Shown here: one piece after another, positions 57,016 to 64,000 of the stretch
Layout: each line of letters starts with the position of its first letter
Numbering within the stretch: position 1 is the stretch's first letter
Assembly: GCA_964350165.1 (NCBI GenBank)
Contig: CAYGJA010000001.1
Coordinates: 312,377-376,376, forward strand
Length of the DNA: 64,000 nucleotides
Source of the DNA: an uncultured Candidatus Saccharibacteria bacterium
GTDB taxonomy: Bacteria > Patescibacteriota > Minisyncoccia > Phycocordibacterales > UBA1006
Reading direction: 5' to 3'
Notes under the pieces: model-generated
The model's database searches: none
The model's input: the letters and a program-made list of their open reading frames with translations, nothing else
What the model was told of the DNA's origin: nothing
Made by a program: the position numbers and the translations under genes

Positions 57016-59583
57016 CTAGAGATAGCTTCGATCGATAAACCGCCTCTCTTGGAGATTAAAATTAGAAAAAACGAGCGAACGCTTAATGGCAAGTACTTCT
57101 TCAGTACTCATTTCCCCTTTTCCAGCCGCCTGATCCAGGGCAGCAATCATTTGGGTTGCCAATTGCCCAGGAAAGCCACCGGTAATAATACGAACCTTTG
57201 CTGTAGGGTCAACCGTCGTCGCCTCGTGATATAGGGCCTTCATATAGGCAACAATCACGCGCGCCATTTCGTCGGCTTCCTGACTGCCGAGTGATAAGTC
57301 AAGCAGGTCTTCGACCTTGACGGCGCCCGCAAATACGACACTGGCCTCTGTGGTGCCATCTGCTCGGAGGATACCATCCTCTTGGATCAGATGCTCCACC
57401 GGTCGACCAACCTCAAAAAAGGCGTTCACTATTGGGGGTACCATGCCTTTTTCTTGCTGCTTTTCTAGCGAAGCACGTATCTGCGCCGCGTCCGGCGGAG
57501 TCACCGCAACCGCACTCCAAAGTCGTGGGTAAAATTCTGGATCGCCGACTTCTACCTGGATGTCCAGTTCGCTCATCAGATTGGCGATTACTGGATAGCT
57601 GTTACACACTTGAGAAAATAATAATTGGTCAGTATCAGCCAGACGTTGCCAGTGGGCTTTTTGGGAGGATCCATACTGAGCAGCAATCTGGTCAATGAGT
57701 CTTTCGGCAGGATCTTTGAGCGCTGCATTTGTTTTACTGGCCACCAGCACTTTAAGGACAGAGTGAAGGTAGCGATCATAAATTTTCTCCTGATGCGACG
57801 ATGTATACGCCTCCGAACACAAAATCTGCACCGACTGCTCCAGGAGTCGGTGCCTCTCGGCTGCCTCTGTCTGATCATCACAAACTAGATCATGAACTCT
57901 TTCCATGACATACCGATCGATCTTTTTGGGGAGTGTAAGCGCTTTGTAACGTGCGGCTTTGTATTTTTCAATATTTCCGCGCATCCATGGCAAAACATCA
58001 TTTGGTGCAATTTGAAAACGCAAATTATCTTTGTTCCATATCTGATCAATTGCCGTTGCATTATCTGCAATCATCCCGAACAACTGAGCAAGATATTTTG
58101 GCTGCATTGTGCGGATATGTTCAGGATTCAAATCTTCAATGAGTCGCAAGGCTGCATCGGTGTTTTTTGCTTCGAGCACGTCACCAAGTCGTAATTCGGC
58201 CTGCTCTAGGCGCAACTTAGCAACGGCAGGATGCTCGCTTACGCGCGTTTTTTCAGCCAAGAGGGAGCGGAACTGTACCTGATCGCCGTCACACACCTCG
58301 GTGAAGGCTTTCTGGTACAGTGGGATATCAGCTTCGGGGATACTTACCAGGCGACGCTCACTATCAACTGAGACGACAATATCAATATGGCGCTCCGGCA
58401 GGTCATAAGGGCTGTGTGGCGATTCTGGCGACTGAGCGAAGACTCGATTAATATCAGCGAACTGCCGTGCAAAGCTTTGGGCAACGCCTGTAAACTCGTC
58501 CTTTGTATAGCGCGGAACTGCAAAAAAACCCTGCAGAGACACCCATAGTTCATCGGGATTAATCCCCGAACCCAAGGCCCGGTCTGAGGCGATTACTTCT
58601 GGGTGCCCACCAAACTCAGCTACGTACCCATTCCCGAAAAGTGCTTCAACATGATTTAAACGGTCACCAAGAATTTCACGCAAGTCAGCCAGCGAGCTTT
58701 CTTCCTCGCCCTCCTTGGTCTTTGGAACTTTCAGCAGCACCTTGTTGCCAATTATATTTCCGTTGTCATCTTTAGCATCACCAACAATCATCATCAGGTG
58801 TGGCACAACCCCATTTGCCTCTGCGTGCGCTTGGGCAATACCAGGCGCTCCGCTGTCAGTATTCGTGCCACGCACATCAAACATAACGAGACCCACACCA
58901 GTATCGGTAGTGATGGCACGAATCGCCTCAGACTGTGTAGCTTTTTCCATCAAACGGTTCCGAGCCTCAGCCTCGGCCTGCTGGGCAAGTCGTATCTCTT
59001 CTTGGTATAGCTCTGCCACTGATGACGTACGGCTTGGGTTCAGGACTGTATCCATCATCTGAACTGCCGCCAACAAAAAACCGTCTTTGTCATCAGCAAA
59101 CTGCAACTTCAGCCCATAAAAGACTTTCTTGGTCGCAAGGTCAAGGTCATCTTTCTGAAGGAGCTTGAGTTGTTTTTTAAGTTTTTTTCCAGTCTCTGCA
59201 CTTCGTGCCCACCGAGCGATATCGACAGCGTATGGTGTAAAAGTATCCAAAAATTCATCACGGCATTGTTGTGCAAATTCCGCCACCGCTGGCGCGTCAG
59301 TCAGGGGGTTGTTATCAAAATTACCAGTATCTTTCGAATTGACCCCTTTGTATCCATCTGGAACCCCCTCAACGACAAACACTTTTGGATCTTTCAGATC
59401 GAGTTCTTTCACCTTTGGAGTAAATTCAAAACCGCTTGAAGCCGAAACAACTCCCCCGCGGAGCGCCAGGTAATACGTGAGGAACTGATCGCGATCGAAT
59501 TCATGGAACCAGTGCCCAAAGACGGTTTTTTCATAGAGTGGTGGCTTTTCAGGAGATGCAGGTGCTTCAAATTTTTCGATCAT
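57016..59583 (-). CDS. Large protein: degenerate DHH-like N-terminus, helical middle, SAVED-like C-terminus
   Basis: H..DRD..., GNFDNN, FGGHP (DHHA1-like); C-terminal VRIITGGFPGQLATQM...LVFSNFN resembles the SAVED signature. Confidence 0.5.
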   Translation of the reverse strand: MIEKFEAPASPEKPPLYEKTVFGHWFHEFDRDQFLTYYLALRGGVVSASSGFEFTPKVKELDLKDPKVFVVEGVPDGYKGVNSKDTGNFDNNPLTDAPAVAEFAQQCRDEFLDTFTPYAVDIARWARSAETGKKLKKQLKLLQKDDLDLATKKVFYGLKLQFADDKDGFLLAAVQMMDTVLNPSRTSSVAELYQEEIRLAQQAEAEARNRLMEKATQSEAIRAITTDTGVGLVMFDVRGTNTDSGAPGIAQAHAEANGVVPHLMMIVGDAKDDNGNIIGNKVLLKVPKTKEGEEESSLADLREILGDRLNHVEALFGNGYVAEFGGHPEVIASDRALGSGINPDELWVSLQGFFAVPRYTKDEFTGVAQSFARQFADINRVFAQSPESPHSPYDLPERHIDIVVSVDSERRLVSIPEADIPLYQKAFTEVCDGDQVQFRSLLAEKTRVSEHPAVAKLRLEQAELRLGDVLEAKNTDAALRLIEDLNPEHIRTMQPKYLAQLFGMIADNATAIDQIWNKDNLRFQIAPNDVLPWMRGNIEKYKAARYKALTLPKKIDRYVMERVHDLVCDDQTEAAERHRLLEQSVQILCSEAYTSSHQEKIYDRYLHSVLKVLVASKTNAALKDPAERLIDQIAAQYGSSQKAHWQRLADTDQLLFSQVCNSYPVIANLMSELDIQVEVGDPEFYPRLWSAVAVTPPDAAQIRASLEKQQEKGMVPPIVNAFFEVGRPVEHLIQEDGILRADGTTEASVVFAGAVKVEDLLDLSLGSQEADEMARVIVAYMKALYHEATTVDPTAKVRIITGGFPGQLATQMIAALDQAAGKGEMSTEEVLAIKRSLVFSNFNLQERRFIDRSYL

Positions 59584-59619
59584 ATGCTGCAAGTATACCA
59601 AATCAAGTTCGGGAAATTA

Positions 59620-59654
59620 AAAAACCGGAAGATTTCCTAGGAAGCCTTCCGGTT
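59620..59654 (-). terminator. Intrinsic terminator after the methyltransferase
   Basis: AACCGGAAG-gc-UUCC-ua-GGAA-au-CUUCCGGUU followed by a U run. Confidence 0.7.
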
Positions 59655-59657
59655 GTT

Positions 59658-60332
59658 CTATTCAAAAATGCAGTAATAGTGCCAGCCTCGCTTGGGCTGG
59701 CCGTTCACTACATAGATGTCCTCTATGTGCTGAAGCTTGGCAACCCGAAAGCCACCTTGCTTCGCGACACCCAGAACATCGTGCTCATCAAGGTACGTAT
59801 GGGGCACCCCCTCTTCGGGATGCCCAGGTTCATTTTTGTAGACGGTGCGACCGTCCACGACCCGTTCCTCCCGCTCAGCAACCACAAACTTGGCGTTTGC
59901 CTGCGAATTGAGCGTGAGAAAGAGTTCTCCACTGGGCCTCAGCACTCGACGCGCTTCACGCAGGCAGTCGATGAGCCCAGGATAGGTGCTGTGATAGATG
60001 CCATGATAGGACACCATGCAGTCCACCGAATTATCAAGGTACGGCAACTGATGCATGTCGCTCACCTGGGAATCTATCACCAAGCCCAGACGATCCGCCT
60101 CGGCCTCGAGGATCTGTATACCCGATAGAGCGGCGTCAAACGCTCGCACCTGGAAGCCGTGCTTGGCAAAGTACAGCGCATGTCGTCCGCGCCCACAACA
60201 GTGATCAAGGAAGGCGGTGAAACCCTTCTCTTTCCAGCGCAGCAAGCAGCCTTGTGCCACCAACGAGGGCTGCGTCCAAAAGTCGTTCGACCCAGACGCA
60301 GCCCAATCCCAAGTTTCCGAATGATTAGGCAT
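59658..60332 (-). CDS. Class I SAM-dependent methyltransferase
   Basis: FLDHCCGRGRH, SDMHQLPY, RVLRPSG; start moved to MPNHS, coupled to the rSAM stop codon. Confidence 0.9.
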   Translation of the reverse strand: MPNHSETWDWAASGSNDFWTQPSLVAQGCLLRWKEKGFTAFLDHCCGRGRHALYFAKHGFQVRAFDAALSGIQILEAEADRLGLVIDSQVSDMHQLPYLDNSVDCMVSYHGIYHSTYPGLIDCLREARRVLRPSGELFLTLNSQANAKFVVAEREERVVDGRTVYKNEPGHPEEGVPHTYLDEHDVLGVAKQGGFRVAKLQHIEDIYVVNGQPKRGWHYYCIFE

Positions 60333-61410
60333 GCCAACCCCCTTCCTCTTGGGCGGTGTCAAAGTTGCCGCTCCCAGCAACCTCGCTCGTGTCGAACTTG
60401 GTAGTTGGATTGACAACTTGTCCACCCCGAAAGTACAGCATACCGCCACCATTCCACTTGGCCCGGATTCCCATCCAGTGCCGAGGATAGCGGCGTGATA
60501 CCTCTGCCAGCATGCCGGTCACGATATCCTTGTCGGGCACCTGCCAGGTGCACCCCTTTACCTCCTTGTAGAGGCGCCAGGTCCAGAACACCGTAGTAGG
60601 ATCACCCTGACAAATGTCATTCGCCAGACGAAGCATGTCCTTCAACGTGGTATCGCCAAAAACCGGCGTCCGCACATCCAGGATTGCTCCGTGAGGGTTG
60701 GTCTCTGGATTACTAAACAGCGCCTGAGTTGCCAGCGACTGATGATACATGCGCTCGCCAGCCTTCTGGCCGACCCCCATAATCTCACCCATGCGCTCAG
60801 GCACGGCCTTGAGGTCAATGGCAGCCGAATCCATCAGCGGGAGCATCTGCCGCACCCAGCGCGTGCCGGTACCATTATGAGCAATACTCGTTTTGGCACC
60901 AAACACAGACCGTACATAATAGGTCAGCGCCAGGCAATGCTTTTGGAACATAACCGGATCCCCGCCGGAAAAGCGGACAATCTCGCCGCGCTCAGCGGCG
61001 CGATGAGCCATGGCGAACAGATGTCGCAATTCAACATCTACAGCCACAATGGGGCGCCCCTGGTCGTCGATAAACTGCACATCACGCTTGCAATACGGGC
61101 ACGCCACATTGCACTGCCCAAACGAAAATATGCGCGTGACAGGCAGGTATTTCAACAGGTTGCCTTCCGTCGCTGGCAAGCTCCGCAGTACAGGCTCAGG
61201 ATTCAGTCGCCCAGACTCCTCACGAGCCAGGTCAAAATAGTAATGACGGATCTCCTGACCCACCATATTCCGCTGACCATAGGCCAACATGGGGGTCATT
61301 TGGTCGGGCGAGAGGTCATAGAGACCACAAGCGACCAGCATTTCGAATTCGTCAACTTGGACATCCTTGATGCCGTACACGATGACGTTGTTTTTCGTTG
61401 TAAGGTTCAT
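60325..61410 (-). CDS. Radical SAM protein (PflA/NrdG activase-like)
   Basis: CNVACPYC, RFSGGDP, HNG, AIDLKA, VRTP; no SPASM domain. Confidence 0.9.
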   Translation of the reverse strand: MNLTTKNNVIVYGIKDVQVDEFEMLVACGLYDLSPDQMTPMLAYGQRNMVGQEIRHYYFDLAREESGRLNPEPVLRSLPATEGNLLKYLPVTRIFSFGQCNVACPYCKRDVQFIDDQGRPIVAVDVELRHLFAMAHRAAERGEIVRFSGGDPVMFQKHCLALTYYVRSVFGAKTSIAHNGTGTRWVRQMLPLMDSAAIDLKAVPERMGEIMGVGQKAGERMYHQSLATQALFSNPETNPHGAILDVRTPVFGDTTLKDMLRLANDICQGDPTTVFWTWRLYKEVKGCTWQVPDKDIVTGMLAEVSRRYPRHWMGIRAKWNGGGMLYFRGGQVVNPTTKFDTSEVAGSGNFDTAQEEGGWHA

Positions 61411-61644
61411 GATTTTTCCGTTGTTAGAGTGGTGTTTGTTTTACTCAGGAGAACACGGCACCAGACCAAAATGAAGCGGCCCGACAGGTTTTGTCGGGCC
61501 GGTTTTGACATTTTGGGTGGCGGGCGCGACTACACCACATCCTCGGCGTACTGAACTCCACGATAGGAGTAGTACATTCGCTTCTGCCCACTTCAAGCAG
61601 GAACGATTTATTTCCGGAAATTAAATTACCTAAATCAAATTGTC

Positions 61645-61977
61645 ATGACAAAGTTACTCGTAATCACGACTCTTGCAACATTAGCCCTTATAATTGGAGC
61701 TGTGTTTTTTCCCAGCAACTACGAAAACCTGTTGACCCCCTCTATTATTGTGTCAATTCTTTGGATCGTCACAACAACGAAATGGTTATATCACCGAGGG
61801 CAGGAAGGATTATTCCTTACCCAAGAGGTCTTGCCTTTCATGGTTGTCATCATTGGGATAATCGGCTCTTTGGGCTTGATGTTGGCAGGTTTCAGCTTCT
61901 TTACGAGCATCGTAACTATTTTTTTGGTCTTTCTGACCAGCAATTTATCGGGCATGTTCAAATATGAGCTGGCCTGA
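61645..61977 (+). CDS. Small multi-TM membrane protein
   Basis: 110 aa, about four hydrophobic segments. Confidence 0.6.
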   Translation: MTKLLVITTLATLALIIGAVFFPSNYENLLTPSIIVSILWIVTTTKWLYHRGQEGLFLTQEVLPFMVVIIGIIGSLGLMLAGFSFFTSIVTIFLVFLTSNLSGMFKYELA

Positions 61978-62116
61978 TTGAGGTAGTTATTTTGTATTGA
62001 TTGTATGAAGTCTGTAAGAGAATCGTCTCTTACAGACTTTTCTCTTGGTTTATTTTCTGAAATGTCAGAACCAAAAACACCTTGCAAAGCAAGGCGTTTT
62101 TGGATGTTTTTTCTGA

Positions 62117-62136
62117 TGGGTGGTTACCGGGAATCG
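62117..62136 (-). repeat. Duplicate of the tRNA-His 3' end (att-like direct repeat)
   Basis: tgggtggttaccgggaatcg, identical to 62339-62358. Confidence 0.9.
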
Positions 62137-62340
62137 GTCAGGAGTCGATTATTTTCATAGTCGCTACCACTCCTTGAAAATATATCGCTCACGACCCTGG
62201 CTCGCGGCTGGCTCCGCTTCGCTACGCCAGACTTCGTCGCTCCGCCTTTCGATTCCCTCTCGAAAACTTCGTTTTCTCGTAGCCTCACCCGAGTACAACA
62301 CAAAAGGCCAGAGCTGCGCTCTGACCTTTGTGTGTTGTTG

Positions 62341-62413
62341 GGTGGTTACCGGGAATCGAACCCGGATTGCCGGTACCACAAACCGGAGTAATAACCTTTA
62401 TACCATAACCACC
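62341..62413 (-). tRNA. tRNA-His (GUG)
   Basis: G-1, acceptor GTGGTTA/TAACCAC, anticodon arm CCGGT-TTGTGGT-ACCGG, T-arm CCGGG-TTCGATT-CCCGG, C73. Confidence 0.95.
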
Positions 62414-62459
62414 ATGTCGCCCACCGCAAGCAGTAGACGGATGCTTTATACCAGATTTT

Positions 62460-63485
62460 CTATTCTTCGGCCAGGTTTTTTGTTGCTTTACGAATAATTA
62501 TTCGCTCGTACAACTGGCTACCAACCAAGCCAAACAAAAGTAATCCCAAGTAAATCAACAGGACATTCATAAAAGGCAGTGGAACGCTTGATACCGATCC
62601 CAAAATAAAGACTACGTACCAGGAAATAATCGAAACAGAACCGCTGGCATAGATGAGTTGCCGCACAAAGCGAGCCCTTGGCGAGATATCTCCTGGTTTG
62701 GCCTCGAACTTTACCTTGGTCAACCGTGGTGTCACAAAGAAATTAAGGGCCAAACCATTGAGAGTAATTACGGCTACCACAATTACTTTTACCAAAAATT
62801 TGCTTGACTCATTGAGCCTTGCGGCTTCTGGTAGATACAAACCAACCCCCGTGAGAATAAGCACTCCTAGTGCCACCCAAATGATCTGGGAATACATGCG
62901 CATGGTTTTTGATTCGGCTTGATCTACTCGGAAATCTTTGAGGAATTTTGTAAAAGAAATATCAGTTACCGTAGTGGCCCCCACCCCAATAGCGGCCGCC
63001 AAAGCATGAACAATAACAATTAACCATTTGTACTCGGCCAATATTGGCAAAATATCCACCTGCAATCCGAGCAAACTAAAGATAGCAATCAGGGTTGAAA
63101 TGGCTGCCGAACATAGACACCACGTACACCAACTCTTGAGTACAAAGGCTTGGATACCAGTAAGGTATGCCGAAAACAAAAAAGCACCCAACGAGAGACC
63201 TAGCACCAAAAAGGTCACCACCTCTGGTACCGCCTCACCAAAAACAAGTAAACCTCCATACACAAGAGCAATTAGGGCATAGTACCCCATACCACCCACC
63301 GCAAGATCAACGCCTAGGAATTGGGCATATTTGCTATTCACTACCGTGTCGCACTTGCCATTGAGCGGACAAACCATCGGGCGCTTGGATTTCTTTTTTG
63401 AATGAATATTAAAAGCGATTACAAACCCAACAAAAGCCGAAAAAATAACCAATAATTTAAGGATGCTTGGCAAGAATTCCATCAT
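62460..63485 (-). CDS. Vitamin K epoxide reductase (VKOR) family protein with extra C-terminal TM domain
   Basis: CPLNGKCDTVVNSKYA loop cysteines and WCTWC redox motif. Confidence 0.9.
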   Translation of the reverse strand: MMEFLPSILKLLVIFSAFVGFVIAFNIHSKKKSKRPMVCPLNGKCDTVVNSKYAQFLGVDLAVGGMGYYALIALVYGGLLVFGEAVPEVVTFLVLGLSLGAFLFSAYLTGIQAFVLKSWCTWCLCSAAISTLIAIFSLLGLQVDILPILAEYKWLIVIVHALAAAIGVGATTVTDISFTKFLKDFRVDQAESKTMRMYSQIIWVALGVLILTGVGLYLPEAARLNESSKFLVKVIVVAVITLNGLALNFFVTPRLTKVKFEAKPGDISPRARFVRQLIYASGSVSIISWYVVFILGSVSSVPLPFMNVLLIYLGLLLFGLVGSQLYERIIIRKATKNLAEE

Positions 63486-63490
63486 GCTAC

Positions 63491-64000
63491 CTATTCTAAC
63501 ATTGTTGTATCGGTAGTGGTTGATGCTGTTTCGACATCAGGAACACACACCGCTTCCCCGGGAGGAGTTTCGATAATATTAATAAACTGACTGGAATCGG
63601 CACACAAATAGCCAACGTCAAATGGACTAGATAATGAAAAACTGGTTCCGTTTTCTTGGCAAGCCACATTGATGCCAGAAAATACTTCGGTTAGTTCGGC
63701 CAGAGACTGGTTAACCGGCAAGCTGTCGCACACACCGGCAAAACTCTCCTGTTCGACACCATAAATTTGAGCTTGTCGTTGCCCTTCTGCCAATAGGTTA
63801 ATCGCAACGTTAATGCGAGCGTTTTGGCGCAATTCTACCAACAGTCGGTCACCGTCAATCGCTTGTCTTGATACATCGGTACCACTACTTTTTGCCACAG
63901 TGTAATCGGCAAGAGGGATTGGCTCGAGCATAGCCATACTGGTTTCGACTGGTTGATTTACACTAGTAACATCAATAACCAACGACCCTTCGTACCCGCC
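63491..64000 (-). CDS. Hypothetical protein, C-terminal part (start probably outside window)
   Basis: Open frame; Cys-containing C-terminus (YLCADS) like CPR pilin-type domains. Confidence 0.5.
   Translation of the reverse strand, partial: GGYEGSLVIDVTSVNQPVETSMAMLEPIPLADYTVAKSSGTDVSRQAIDGDRLLVELRQNARINVAINLLAEGQRQAQIYGVEQESFAGVCDSLPVNQSLAELTEVFSGINVACQENGTSFSLSSPFDVGYLCADSSQFINIIETPPGEAVCVPDVETASTTTDTTMLE

Noticed and set aside
60325-61410. Viperin-like antiviral radical SAM
   Set aside because: The motif context (FSFGQCNVACPYC, AIDLKA, VRTP) fits the activase-like group, not viperin's N.H...CN..C.FCF.
60691-61554. 287-aa plus-strand ORF
   Set aside because: Antisense shadow of the GC-rich radical SAM gene.
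39000-62000. CRISPR array or cas core genes to go with the Csx15-, Csx3- and NrN-like proteins
   Set aside because: No regularly spaced direct repeats and no Cas1, Cas10 or Cas7 motifs were seen by eye.

Overview
Bacterial genomic DNA whose gene content and compact layout suggest Patescibacteria/CPR (Parcubacteria-like; this is an inference). Bases 1-38.6 kb are mostly housekeeping and envelope genes: argS, dut-tmk-glyA, five pilin-like genes, a double-length thyX, secE-nusG-rplK with no rplA behind it, a class II photolyase, a crtE-crtB-crtI plus lycopene-elongase carotenoid cluster, uppP, gdhA, an ECF sigma module, an RND pump, mutM, bcp, ung and a ZIP transporter. Bases ~39-62 kb are an accessory region ending at tRNA-His, which has a duplicated 3' end. 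The most striking element is a minus-strand, RNA-structure-rich operon at ~53.5-56.1 kb. In order it holds a near-consensus sigma70 promoter, a tandem Csx15-like (ring-nuclease family) gene enclosed by a perfect 18-bp inverted repeat, a type III hammerhead ribozyme, a 2TM-SAVED-like gene, a second type III hammerhead, a terminator and an unassigned ~230-nt structured RNA. The SAVED-like ORF would therefore be self-excised as an 832-nt RNA with ligatable ends. Nearby are other proteins resembling cyclic-nucleotide signalling components (NrN-like DHH, DHH/SAVED-like fusion, Csx3-like, a minimal nucleotidyltransferase) and two divergent TrmB-type regulators. No CRISPR array, cas10 or CD-NTase is visible in the window. 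All family calls come from motif recognition by eye, not database searches.
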